Shown here one piece after another: positions 8,410 to 18,254 of a stretch of DNA of 64,000 nt; the first letter of the stretch is position 1, and each line of letters starts with the position of its first letter. The notes below the pieces were generated by a model that saw nothing but the letters and a program-made list of their open reading frames with translations, did not search any database and was not told the origin of the DNA. Source of the stretch: an uncultured Dehalococcoidia bacterium (GTDB lineage Bacteria > Chloroflexota > Dehalococcoidia > Lucifugimonadales > JADFKI01). The stretch spans positions 2,030 to 66,029 of the forward strand of contig CAZQPS010000042.1 of NCBI GenBank assembly GCA_964595285.1, read 5' to 3'. A program made the position numbers and the translations under genes.

Positions 8410-10137
8410 TTAAGTAATCGACGTGTCGGCATATTGCCTTAGAAACATTTCCATCTCACAGGAGAACCAAAGTGCTAGTGCACCACCTCGATCGTCCATA
8501 CCGCAGAGTGCTGGACGATCCAAATAATCGCGCAAATTCTGTTGCACGCCGGTTCCTGTGCAGACATCAATAAGCCCTCCGTCGTCGTCAATTCGTTCGT
8601 TAACAAAGCTCCATGCAGACGCGAGGGAAGATATGAAGGATTCATCCAGAATTCCTGTACGAATCCCGTGAGCCATTGTATAGCCAATCATGCATGTCGC
8701 AGTCATTTCTTCGTAAGACCCTGAGAAATCAAGCACTTGGCGCCATCCTCCAGAGGGAGTCTGGATCTTTCTCAATGAATTTAGATGTTGTCGGTGTGTT
8801 TCACAGATTACTTGATAGTCTCTATGGTCCTCTGGCATATACTTTATGGTTTCGGAGTAGCCGAGAGCAGCAAAGCCATTTCCCCTACCCCAGTAATACG
8901 GAGCATTATTACAGTGCCAAAATAATCCATCCTTTTGCTGGACATTTGCATCAAGGAGAAATCGTGCTTGAACATCTATATAACTGCTATCACCGGTTAG
9001 TTTCGTGGCTCTTCCAAGCATCGCTGCACCGAAGAACATGTCTTCGACCCGGTAGTCTTCACTGGATGGTGGAGGCACTAAACCCGGCCCTTTAGGCCGA
9101 TAGGTTTCCGCAATTTCAATTAACTGATTCGCGTATTGTTCATCTTTAGTGATCTCGGAAAGTTCGTCTGCCCAGACATATCCAGCAAGATTCGCCCCTT
9201 GGCTGTTTTCCTGGAAAACTTGATCAATTTTCAATGAGGCGTAACCACGTGTTAGCCTTATAATGTCATCCGTGGGATCTGGACCTTCAGGGTCTAGTTG
9301 CTTAAGGCGTAGCCTTCCACTTATTGCAACGCCCTGTGTGTAGACTACGGGGTTTAATTTATTTCCATAAACACTGCCCAAAATTCTAGCAACTTCTAGG
9401 GGTGTTCGCGATCGTCGATCGTCTAGGAGTTTTCTAGCGGGTGAACGCAGAAGCGCAGATTCTTGAGAGAAGAAATTCCATAATTTAACTAGCTGCTCTT
9501 CAACTTGTTCTTGCGGGCAAATAAGTAGCAGACTTGGGACGCTGGATAAACCACTGTGCGTGCCTTCCGAGATTGCCTGCAAAAGAGAATGGTCGTCTGA
9601 TATGGGATATGCTCCTACTGCTTCTCCTAATCTTGAATTAGGCTGTGATGATTCCCACCTGACTGATAAGCCGGAGCGCACTTCTAGTACCAGATCCGGG
9701 CCATAGAAATTAGTCCATCGCCATAAATACCGGGTTTCCGGGTTATTCTTGTCACCGTAGTAGTTTTCTTCAGAAGGTGGATATGGACCTGATGGGTTCC
9801 CACCAGATCCGTTTGAGTAAGGGCTTCCTCTTGATAGTCCATCAGGATTACCACATGGAATAGCGCTTAGACTGAATTTCTTAGGTAATGTTTTCAGGTT
9901 CCTTAAATAGGATTTTAAGACCTCCAATCCACGGCGCACATCATCAGTGGTTCCAGAAGTACCAGACAAGAGTAATAGATTAAATTGACCCTCTACTCTC
10001 GGATATGCATTCTGATGGAGTAAGACAGGTATATTAGTCTGTGAGCGAGTGACTCCACAAGATGTCAGGGTGAAATTACTGTCACAGTCAACTATTTTCT
10101 CTAGTTCTTCTTCTAAATTATATCTAGGAGTTACCAT
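8410..10137 (-). CDS. Two-domain protein: degenerate M14-carboxypeptidase-like N-domain fused to a GH88/GH105-like (unsaturated glycuronyl hydrolase) domain
   Basis: The C-terminal half has WGRGNGFAALGYSE and EDMFFGAAMLGRA, typical of the (alpha/alpha)6 GH88/105 fold. The N-terminal half has the M14 NPDG motif (IPCGNPDGL), but SGTSGTTDD stands where H-x-x-E is expected. Confidence 0.6.
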   Translation of the reverse strand: MVTPRYNLEEELEKIVDCDSNFTLTSCGVTRSQTNIPVLLHQNAYPRVEGQFNLLLLSGTSGTTDDVRRGLEVLKSYLRNLKTLPKKFSLSAIPCGNPDGLSRGSPYSNGSGGNPSGPYPPSEENYYGDKNNPETRYLWRWTNFYGPDLVLEVRSGLSVRWESSQPNSRLGEAVGAYPISDDHSLLQAISEGTHSGLSSVPSLLLICPQEQVEEQLVKLWNFFSQESALLRSPARKLLDDRRSRTPLEVARILGSVYGNKLNPVVYTQGVAISGRLRLKQLDPEGPDPTDDIIRLTRGYASLKIDQVFQENSQGANLAGYVWADELSEITKDEQYANQLIEIAETYRPKGPGLVPPPSSEDYRVEDMFFGAAMLGRATKLTGDSSYIDVQARFLLDANVQQKDGLFWHCNNAPYYWGRGNGFAALGYSETIKYMPEDHRDYQVICETHRQHLNSLRKIQTPSGGWRQVLDFSGSYEEMTATCMIGYTMAHGIRTGILDESFISSLASAWSFVNERIDDDGGLIDVCTGTGVQQNLRDYLDRPALCGMDDRGGALALWFSCEMEMFLRQYADTSIT

Positions 10138-10186
10138 GTCTAATCCTACTGCTCTTATCTTACGGCTTGTAAAGTGAGTGGTGAGT

Positions 10187-10996
10187 TTATGGGTTTCCAG
10201 TCAGTCCGGGCAGATGCACTATAAGGGATGCTAGATAACCGGCTCCAAAACCATTGTCTATATTGACCACACCTATGCCAGTGGCACAACTATTCAACAT
10301 CGCTAGCAAGGCTGCTAAGCCTTCAAAGCTAGCGCCGTAACCAACACTAGTTGGGACAGCAATAACAGGTACCTGAACAAGTCCCCCAATTACTGATGGT
10401 AGAGCTCCCTCCATCCCAGCCACGGCGATTATGACACGTGCCTCAAGCAAAGCAGGTAGTTGGTCGAACAGGCGGTGAAGGCCGGCGACTCCGATATCAA
10501 AGGCTCGTTCTACAACGCAATCCATCATTTCGGCTGTGGTTACTGCCTCAAGAGCCACAGGTAAATCGGCTGTTCCTGCACATACGACCAATACACCAGA
10601 GGATGGTTTCGTGACTTCAGAATCACGTCGGTCAACTGTGATCGTCTTGGCCAAGTCGTTATAAATTGCGTCAGGAATGGAATTTTTTAATGTTTGGAAA
10701 GCTTCAGAAGAAGCGCGCGTAACTAGTAGTCTATCGGACTGTCTCAATAATGATTCGCTAATGGATGTAATTTGATCAGGGGTTTTGCTTTGACCAAATA
10801 TTACCTCTGGGAACCCCTTGCGAAGACTCCTATGATGGTCCACTTTTGCAAAATCTAGATCTTCATACGGCAAATCTCGTAGCTTTGATATGGCTTCGTC
10901 CTCTGAAACATTTTCAGTCTTGTAGTTTCTCAGCAGGTCGCGTAGTTTAGCTTCGTCTATGATGTTCTCCTTAATCTGGCTAGTGATTCCGTTCAA
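10187..10996 (-). CDS. larB: Nickel-pincer cofactor biosynthesis protein LarB (PurE-like carboxylase/hydrolase)
   Basis: Motifs seen are DLDFAKVDHHRSLRKGFPEVIFG, VVCAGTADLPVALEA, AVAGMEGALPSVIGG and VIAVPTSVGYG. The start is uncertain: TTG at 10996, or SD-proximal ATC 10963 / ATA 10960. The ORF extension up to 11185 is implausible. Confidence 0.8.
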   Translation of the reverse strand: MNGITSQIKENIIDEAKLRDLLRNYKTENVSEDEAISKLRDLPYEDLDFAKVDHHRSLRKGFPEVIFGQSKTPDQITSISESLLRQSDRLLVTRASSEAFQTLKNSIPDAIYNDLAKTITVDRRDSEVTKPSSGVLVVCAGTADLPVALEAVTTAEMMDCVVERAFDIGVAGLHRLFDQLPALLEARVIIAVAGMEGALPSVIGGLVQVPVIAVPTSVGYGASFEGLAALLAMLNSCATGIGVVNIDNGFGAGYLASLIVHLPGLTGNP

Positions 10997-11175
10997 CTTT
11001 AAATTACCGTCCGAACACTGCGGCGGATTGTAATCAAATGAAAAAAATGACCTGTTGAGTATAAAGCTTGCGAAAAAGCTCGTAAAGTGTTCAGTTATTG
11101 AATTTAATGTGTACCCTCTCCCCAAACACGTTTTTGGACGGTAATATAGTTCGTAGTCTACGGAGGAGCCGAGAT

Positions 11176-13185
11176 GTGAAAACAACTTCCCAGTGGAACT
11201 ACCTGCTGTATTTAGCGGTTTTATTAGTTGTTGCCTGTGGTCAAATTGCTGAGGTTTCCGAGCCAGTGCAGCCTGAATCGGAAACCAACATGATCGAAGA
11301 AAGGCAAAGTCAAGTCCAACAGTTGTCTGTCGGTAAGTTGATTACTCGGAAAGAAGAAAGGCCATCTGGTGAAAAACTTGCAGGCTGTAACGGGGCTTCA
11401 AGCCCTCCCGAGGTTGATCCCTTCAAGTTAGCTGAAAACTATGGGAAAGTGTCTACAGAAATGAAACAATCTTTTCAGAGAGCGAGAAAGGAACCACCCA
11501 GCGTTTATGGCCAATTGAAGGAATTCTATGTAACGGATATTGCCCAAAATCACACTTACTCGATTCAAGCTAGACTAGAACGAATAACTCCCCACGCATA
11601 CTGGTATTTTGATGAAAACGAAGCTTTTTCTAAGGAAGCCTTAGAGTCTGTAGCTAAGGTGTTTGAGAACGAAATACAACCTCAGGCAACCAAATATTTT
11701 GGCGATGTTTGGAATCCTGGCATAGATAATGATTCACGTATAACTATTCTCAACACTGATCTGAGGGGTGGTGTCGCGGGTTATTTTGGATCGCATGATG
11801 AACTTCCTAGATACATTAATCCATACAGTAATGAGAGGGAGATGCTATATATGAACACTGGAAGTCTGCATGCGGATGGTAAAAACTATCAAAGCATTTT
11901 GGCTCATGAACTTCAGCATGCTATACATTGGAATAGTGATGCCAGCGAAGACGCATGGGTAAATGAAGGCATGTCGGAAGTTCTTGTAGCACTTTTGGGA
12001 TATGGATCGTATTTTGAAAGGGAATTCCTAAACAATCCTGACATTCAACTTAATTATTGGCCGTCAAGTGTAGAATTTACTGCTCCTCATTACGGGGCCT
12101 CTGCACTATTTTTTCAGTTTTTGACACATCATTATGGAGGCAAAGAAGCATTGAAAGAAATCCTCCTGGAGAAGGAGGATGGAATTCGAGGAATTTGTGA
12201 ATTCCTTAAGCCATTTAATAAGAGCTTTGCTGAGGTCTTTGCAGATTGGGTGATTGCTAACTATATAGGCGCAGGCGATGGGCAATATAGCTATGGAGAT
12301 CGTCGGGTCAAAATAACAACTGATGTGCCAATTTTTGCTGACTTTGACAGAAAAGACAAAATCCCACAGTTTTCCGCAAAGTACTACAAAGTGTGGCCTG
12401 ATAACTTCCCGAACGATATCGAACTGGAATTTAAAGGGTCTGTTACAGTCAACCAAGTCTCTACAGAATGCGATAACAGTAATACTTGTCTGTGGAGTGG
12501 TTTAGGTGACTCAATCGACTCAAGTGTAATATATGAATTTGACCTTTCTGGAATGGATTTAGCAGTCCTGGAATTTCGCACATGGTATAAAATTGAAGAA
12601 GACTGGGACTATGCGTATGTAAGTGTCTCTGATGACGCAGGCCTTTCTTGGGATGTGTTGGAAGGCACGACTTCTACCAGGACTAATCCGGTAGGTAATA
12701 ATCTCGCCGTAGGCTACACTGGTGAAAGTGGAGGCTGGATTAAAGAATCGATAGACTTATCCCCCTATACCGGAGGCAGAATTCAAATAAGATTTCAATA
12801 TGTTACGGATGCGGCCGTAAATCTTGACGGTTTTCTGATCGATGATGTGATTATTAGGGAGGTTGATATTCTTCTAGATGAACACAAAGACGAAACTTAT
12901 AAGTCTGCTTTCAAGAGCGTGGGAAAAGAAATAATAAGCAAGGAGGGATTTCGGCCGCTAGTTGTTCCTTTGTATCAAAAATTCATAGTACAATTGATCG
13001 AAGAAAATTTGGATGGGACAAGCAATATTTATAGTGTGCCGCTAAGAGAAGATATGTCGGGTAGAATGATTATTAAAGGGCATGAAAATAGAATAAAAAA
13101 TATCGTAATAGTTGTGTCTCCAGTGACTGAGAATACCTATCAAGAAGCCACTTATCAATTATCTGTTAAAGGCTATGAGAACTAG
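11176..13185 (+). CDS. Secreted lipoprotein zinc metalloprotease (gluzincin HExxH...NEG; InhA/M6-like C-terminal beta-domain)
   Basis: The GTG at 11176 lies 7 nt after GGAGGAG. The lipobox is LLVVAC. The zinc site reads HELQHAIHW...WVNEGMSE. The C-terminal domain reads DWDYAYVSVSDDAGLSWDVL. Confidence 0.8.
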   Translation: MKTTSQWNYLLYLAVLLVVACGQIAEVSEPVQPESETNMIEERQSQVQQLSVGKLITRKEERPSGEKLAGCNGASSPPEVDPFKLAENYGKVSTEMKQSFQRARKEPPSVYGQLKEFYVTDIAQNHTYSIQARLERITPHAYWYFDENEAFSKEALESVAKVFENEIQPQATKYFGDVWNPGIDNDSRITILNTDLRGGVAGYFGSHDELPRYINPYSNEREMLYMNTGSLHADGKNYQSILAHELQHAIHWNSDASEDAWVNEGMSEVLVALLGYGSYFEREFLNNPDIQLNYWPSSVEFTAPHYGASALFFQFLTHHYGGKEALKEILLEKEDGIRGICEFLKPFNKSFAEVFADWVIANYIGAGDGQYSYGDRRVKITTDVPIFADFDRKDKIPQFSAKYYKVWPDNFPNDIELEFKGSVTVNQVSTECDNSNTCLWSGLGDSIDSSVIYEFDLSGMDLAVLEFRTWYKIEEDWDYAYVSVSDDAGLSWDVLEGTTSTRTNPVGNNLAVGYTGESGGWIKESIDLSPYTGGRIQIRFQYVTDAAVNLDGFLIDDVIIREVDILLDEHKDETYKSAFKSVGKEIISKEGFRPLVVPLYQKFIVQLIEENLDGTSNIYSVPLREDMSGRMIIKGHENRIKNIVIVVSPVTENTYQEATYQLSVKGYEN

Positions 13186-13409
13186 GTTTTCTGGTCACTT
13201 GGGATGTAATCTGGCTGGAAGATATGAAAATGGGTGGGAGTTCGAAATGATTTGGTCATGTACTATATGGTCTTTGGTCCCACTTGACGTTATAATGTGT
13301 TAGGAATCATCTAAAGACCACAGCGGCGTCGCACGCTGCTAAAGGCAGTCGACTAGAAGAGTGAATTGGTATTGTTGTGCATGGTAAGGATTCAAGCAGG
13401 GGGAGCATA

Positions 13410-14228
13410 ATGTCAGAGCAAGATTTTTCTTTTTCTAAATTTTCACGCAACGCTTTTTACGAAGGCCTTAATTCACACTTGGTCGGGATGGCTGTGAAAG
13501 ACACGGATAAAAGAATAGTAGACTTGGCCTGTGGGACAGGTGGTGTGACGAAATTAATAATTGAGCATATGAAGGATGCCCGAGAGTCAGTCGTAATCGC
13601 GGTAGACCATTCAGCCTCTGCCTTGAAGCAAGCTATGGAGGATATGAAAGGTCGTAGTGACCTTGCCGTTCAGTTTGTACAAAGTCAGGTAGAGCAGTTG
13701 TCAGATTCACTTAAAGAGTCCGTGGATACCATTGTGTTTTGCAATGCGATTCATTACATACCTGATAAGGATGCGTTGCTGGCTGATATTTTTAGGTCAC
13801 TCAAGCCCGGTGGCAAATTTGCGTTTAACACTTCGTTTTTTGAGGGGAGTCATCCTCCTGAAACTTTAGACTACTATCGTAAGTGGATGTTTAAAGCAAT
13901 GAGGCTGCTACGCAAGGAATATGGCCTTTCGCCAGTTAGGGCCCAAAAAGTACAATCACGCCAACACCTGACTCCGGAACAATACGGTGAACTTCTGGAG
14001 AATCACGGGTTGAGCATCGTGAAACAGGAAATAGAGACAGTTGATGTTCCAATAGATGGTTGGCTGGATATATCAGCTTTCTCTGATTTTGTAGAAGGCG
14101 TTATGCCTGGCGTTCCATTGGAAAAAGCTAGTTCCGCGCTCCAAGAAGGTGTGCGTCAGACATTCGAAGAAATGAACTTGAGGTATGTGGCTAGAAGTTG
14201 GTTGGATGTTGTCGCGGTGCGCAGTTAA
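13410..14228 (+). CDS. Class I SAM-dependent methyltransferase
   Basis: SAM motif I is VDLACGTGG and the post-I/II motifs are present (LKPGGKFAF). The ATG at 13410 follows GGGGGAG. Confidence 0.85.
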   Translation: MSEQDFSFSKFSRNAFYEGLNSHLVGMAVKDTDKRIVDLACGTGGVTKLIIEHMKDARESVVIAVDHSASALKQAMEDMKGRSDLAVQFVQSQVEQLSDSLKESVDTIVFCNAIHYIPDKDALLADIFRSLKPGGKFAFNTSFFEGSHPPETLDYYRKWMFKAMRLLRKEYGLSPVRAQKVQSRQHLTPEQYGELLENHGLSIVKQEIETVDVPIDGWLDISAFSDFVEGVMPGVPLEKASSALQEGVRQTFEEMNLRYVARSWLDVVAVRS

Positions 14229-14364
14229 AGTTCTGGGGATAGCGGCAATTAGAAATTCCTTTCTTAGCTTTTCATGTGGTGCGGGTGAGGACGCTCATAA
14301 CTGTTAGAAATTCGCTCTAGAAACTCGCACAATGCGATAATGTGAATTTGAATGAGGCGTATTT

Positions 14365-15729
14365 ATGGGTATTCGCGCAATAACTCCTTTAGATGGTCGT
14401 TATGCCAGTCAAATCGGTTCTCTTAGTGACTATTTTTCCGAGTGGGCTTTGATAAAGCATCGTGTGAAGATAGAAATCGAATGGCTGATTGAAATGAGTG
14501 AGTCTGCTGAGATACGCGATCTGCGAATTTTGTCAACTTCGGAAAAGGCAATGCTAGCCAAGCTGATTGATGAATTTGACGATGACGATGCTTCAAGAGT
14601 AAAAGATATAGAAGAAACTACCCGGCATGATGTTAAGGCTGTTGAATATTTCATCAGAGAAAAATTGAATGAGACATCATTATCTGATGTAAAAGAATGG
14701 GTCCATTTTTGTTGTACGTCCGAAGATATAAATAATTTGGCCTATGCCCTAATGCTAAAAGGTTCAATAGAGCATGAGTGGATTCCAAGTGCGCTCGGAC
14801 TAGTAGAGGAAATAGATCAGCTAGCTGAGCAAACGAGAAACATGCCACTGCTTGCCCGCACCCATGGGCAAGCAGCGTCTCCGACCACCTTAGGCAAAGA
14901 ATTGTCTGTGTTCGAATACAGATTCCGTCGACAACTAGAACAACTAAAAACATTGGAATATCTGGGGAAATTTAATGGGGCGGTAGGCAGCTACAATGCT
15001 CATATGATGGCTTATCCTGAGGCTAATTGGGATAAAATGTCGAGGCTGTTTGTAGAGCGATTAGGATTAACTCATAATCCGCTTACCACACAAATTGAAC
15101 CACATGATTACCTGGCTGAACTTTTTCATGTCCTAATGCGATTTAATACTATTGAACTTGATTTTGATAGAGATATGTGGGCATATATATCTGCCGGAGT
15201 GTTTAAACAGACTACTCTGAAAGGGCAAGTGGGTTCGTCCACTATGCCTCATAAAGTAAATCCGATAAACTTCGAAAATTCTGAGGCCAACGTAGGGATT
15301 AGTAATGCACTTCTTGAGCACTTGTCTTCAAAATTGCAAGTTTCAAGATTGCAGAGGGACCTTACAGACTCTTCAGCGTTACGTAATATTGGTGCTGCAA
15401 TAGGACATTCTATCGTTGCCTTGAAAGCATCTTGCAGAGGGCTTAGCTCTATCCAGGCAGATGAAGAGGTGATGTTAGAGGAATTAGACAGTGCATGGGA
15501 GGTTCTGGGGGAGGCTGTGCAAACTGTCTTGAGAAAGAATGGGGAGCCGGATGCCTACGAGAAGCTGAAAGATTTTACGCAGGGCCGTATTATTGATCGC
15601 ACGTCAATACGCCAATTCATATCTTCTCTAGTCATTCCTAGTGAGGATAAAGCGAGATTGCTTGCATTGACACCGTCCACATACACAGGTATCTCCGCAA
15701 AATTGGTTGATTGGGGCAAACCTGTTTGA
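14365..15729 (+). CDS. purB: Adenylosuccinate lyase
   Basis: The N-terminus is ITPLDGRYASQ, the fumarate-lyase signature is GSSTMPHKVNP and the length of 454 aa matches the E. coli-type PurB. Confidence 0.93.
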   Translation: MGIRAITPLDGRYASQIGSLSDYFSEWALIKHRVKIEIEWLIEMSESAEIRDLRILSTSEKAMLAKLIDEFDDDDASRVKDIEETTRHDVKAVEYFIREKLNETSLSDVKEWVHFCCTSEDINNLAYALMLKGSIEHEWIPSALGLVEEIDQLAEQTRNMPLLARTHGQAASPTTLGKELSVFEYRFRRQLEQLKTLEYLGKFNGAVGSYNAHMMAYPEANWDKMSRLFVERLGLTHNPLTTQIEPHDYLAELFHVLMRFNTIELDFDRDMWAYISAGVFKQTTLKGQVGSSTMPHKVNPINFENSEANVGISNALLEHLSSKLQVSRLQRDLTDSSALRNIGAAIGHSIVALKASCRGLSSIQADEEVMLEELDSAWEVLGEAVQTVLRKNGEPDAYEKLKDFTQGRIIDRTSIRQFISSLVIPSEDKARLLALTPSTYTGISAKLVDWGKPV

Positions 15730-15863
15730 ACTCTCTTTAGGGGACTTCTAGCAGCTAGTCGGTAGCCTTTTATAAGCCTATTTCTGTAAACAGTATAATT
15801 TTGGTTCTGGTCATGCGATGTGTAGTTAGCTGTGATAGGTTGTGTAAAACAGTAGTGGCACTG

Positions 15864-16445
15864 CTACCGCTGTTTTCGTGCCTCGTCCCATATTAAGGAA
15901 CGCCTCGTTGGATCTTCTATGCCCTTTTGCATGCCTCGCACATAGGCCATTTGGCCGCCATGCTGATTCATCTCCCATATTATTTGGAGATAAACGGTGG
16001 ATAGCGTGAATTTTCCTCCTGCAGGACTATCCACCCAAGTGGTAGATAAGCTGTTATCGTCTAAAGATTGAAGATGTAGAAACATATTTTTGAAAACTGC
16101 TTCAGTATAGTCTAATAATGTGGATAGTGAGGGGGTTTCGAAATTGTTTAAATCTTCAATGCTAAACCCGAATCCTCTGTCTTGAGGATCAGCTGGGGCT
16201 CTATGAAAAGCGGTGGCCCAATTCTGTGTGAGCCATAGTTCTGGTTCGTTTTTCATGACTGACTGTACTAAGAAGTCGTGTACTCTCGCACAATGCCATG
16301 CGATAAATCCGATTGACATGGATTCCGATCCTGGCCTGAAAGCCAGTTCTTCCGGAGTAAGATTGTCTAGTGCTTCCAAGTGTGATTTCTTATATTGTCT
16401 TATGGATGTATCTATAAATGTTCCCAGTGATTGTGAAGGGCTCAT
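15864..16445 (-). CDS. DinB-family (DinB_2-like) metal-dependent protein
   Basis: The His-containing helices WHCARVHD and WEMNQHGGQMAYVRG are typical of the DinB four-helix bundle. Confidence 0.65.
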   Translation of the reverse strand: MSPSQSLGTFIDTSIRQYKKSHLEALDNLTPEELAFRPGSESMSIGFIAWHCARVHDFLVQSVMKNEPELWLTQNWATAFHRAPADPQDRGFGFSIEDLNNFETPSLSTLLDYTEAVFKNMFLHLQSLDDNSLSTTWVDSPAGGKFTLSTVYLQIIWEMNQHGGQMAYVRGMQKGIEDPTRRSLIWDEARKQR

Positions 16446-16612
16446 TTTTCTCCCCCTTGCATTTCTTTCGATACGTGACGTGCATTGTAAAACTAATTGC
16501 TTAAAAAGTGTAAATTTGGGTATTAAACTGCAGTCCGAGGTCTGGGCTTTCTTCTGAGAACGGTACTTCGTATAATATCGACTATCGCGGGTCCTTTCAG
16601 GAGAGTGCTGAG

Positions 16613-17326
16613 TTGCCTATAAACAAGATATTCGATTCATTTGAAGACGCCGTTGCGGATATACCCAATGATGCTATTCTAATGATTGATGGTTTTGCTG
16701 GGCCTGGTGGCACCTCTCAGAATCTTATTCGTGCGCTCCGTGAACACGGCGCTAAAAACCTTACAATTATCAGCAACACCGCTGGTCTTGCAAGTGTTAT
16801 TGGATTTGGAACCCTAGCAGGAGACCGTCCGATTGATATAGGGATACTGGTTGATAATCAGCAAGTACGAAAGGTTATAGCGTCGTTTCCCGTTTCGCCG
16901 TCACCTTCACGCCCCACATCGTTTGAGAAAGCATATAAAGATGGCCAAATAGATTTGGAATTGGTTCCACAAGGGACCTTAGCCGAACGCATCCGCGCAG
17001 GCGGCGCAGGCATTGCCGGGTTTTATACTCCGACAGCGGTGGGAACTCATTTAGCGGAGGGCAAGGAGATTCGCCAATTTGAAAATAAAGAATATGTGTT
17101 GGAGCTACCATTAAGAGCCGATTTTGCTCTTCTACGTGGCCATAAAGCGGATAATATAGGAAATGTAGTTTATAGAGGAACATCGCAAAATTTTAATGGA
17201 ATAATGGCCACTGCAGCGAGAGTGACTATCATGGAAGTCGACCAAGTGGTCGATGTGGGCGCTATAAATCCTCATGAGGTACATACGCCCGGTATTTATG
17301 TGAACAGAGTCGTAGAAATAAATTAG
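16613..17326 (+). CDS. 3-oxoacid CoA-transferase, subunit A
   Basis: The protein reads FDSFEDAVADIPNDAILMIDGFAGPGGTSQNLI...VPQGTLAERIRAGGAGI. The TTG start lies 7 nt after AGGAGAG. Confidence 0.9.
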   Translation: MPINKIFDSFEDAVADIPNDAILMIDGFAGPGGTSQNLIRALREHGAKNLTIISNTAGLASVIGFGTLAGDRPIDIGILVDNQQVRKVIASFPVSPSPSRPTSFEKAYKDGQIDLELVPQGTLAERIRAGGAGIAGFYTPTAVGTHLAEGKEIRQFENKEYVLELPLRADFALLRGHKADNIGNVVYRGTSQNFNGIMATAARVTIMEVDQVVDVGAINPHEVHTPGIYVNRVVEIN

Positions 17327-17342
17327 TGAAAGTGAGTTAGAA

Positions 17343-18254
17343 ATGAAAATAGCGTTCTTCAACAATTTCGCCTTGGGAGTAGTGAAAGGGGATCAGATTG
17401 TTGATGTTTCAGGTGTTGTTGCGGAAATTCCGAGAATTACACCTCAAGACATATTAGTCGGCTTGATTAATCAATACAGTGTTTTCAAAGATAAACTTAA
17501 TGAGGCTACAGACAAGGGACCATATATTCCTTTGTCTCAAGTTCAACTACGTTCTCCAGTGCCAAAGCCGTACAACATAGATTGCATGGCGGTGAATTAT
17601 ATGGAGAGCGGAACACTATCGGAGCGACCTCCCAAGAATGGCTTTAATAAATCCCCAAATTCTGTAATAGGCAACGAAGGAACCATTATCCTTCCTGATG
17701 TTGCAGCAACTATATTTGAACATGAAGCAGAACTTGCTTTGGTTATTGGTAAGACAGCTTCTAATGTCAAGGCTGAAGAGGCCTTTGACTATATATTCGG
17801 CTACATGAATTTTATTGATGTCTCCGCGAGAGGGGTTCCTGCCTTTTATCAAATGAAGGCGAGAGAAACGTTTGCCCCTATGGGGCCATGGATTTGTACG
17901 GCTGATGAAGTAGCAGATCCTCAGAATCTGGACGTAAAACTGTGGGTTAATGGGAACTTGATGCAGGATTTTAACACGGACGATATGGCGCACCAAATCC
18001 CCCAAATCGTCGAATGGGTTAGTTCTATACATACCCTAGAACCTGGAGATGTCATTGCGACCGGGACAAACCATAGGGGGCTAAGCCCGTTACATGATGG
18101 GGACAAAATAGAAATAGAATCGGAAGGACTCGGGAGACTGAATGTCTCTGTCAGAGATGATTTGAAGAGGACATGGGCAAGAGAAACGAGATTCGATAGA
18201 GAGGAAAAGGGGTTGCAAGGTCCAACGCCTCAACTAACCGGAAAATATGCTTGA
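17343..18254 (+). CDS. Fumarylacetoacetate hydrolase (FAH) family protein
   Basis: Motifs seen are FEHEAELALVIGK, DVSARG and PGDVIATGT. Confidence 0.88.
   Translation: MKIAFFNNFALGVVKGDQIVDVSGVVAEIPRITPQDILVGLINQYSVFKDKLNEATDKGPYIPLSQVQLRSPVPKPYNIDCMAVNYMESGTLSERPPKNGFNKSPNSVIGNEGTIILPDVAATIFEHEAELALVIGKTASNVKAEEAFDYIFGYMNFIDVSARGVPAFYQMKARETFAPMGPWICTADEVADPQNLDVKLWVNGNLMQDFNTDDMAHQIPQIVEWVSSIHTLEPGDVIATGTNHRGLSPLHDGDKIEIESEGLGRLNVSVRDDLKRTWARETRFDREEKGLQGPTPQLTGKYA

Noticed and set aside
10997-11185. Long N-terminal extensions of larB (to 11185) and of the metalloprotease (from 11098)
   Set aside because: The two extensions overlap each other on opposite strands and encode non-protein-like sequence (FFSFDYNPPQC...). 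The metalloprotease has a strong GGAGGAG-GTG start at 11176 followed by a lipoprotein signal.
13290-13310. TTGACG immediately followed by TATAAT (cccacTTGACGtTATAATgtg) upstream of the methyltransferase
   Set aside because: The -35-like and -10-like hexamers are only 1 nt apart, so they cannot act as one sigma70 promoter. The TATAAT may be a real -10, but there is no supporting -35 at the proper spacing.
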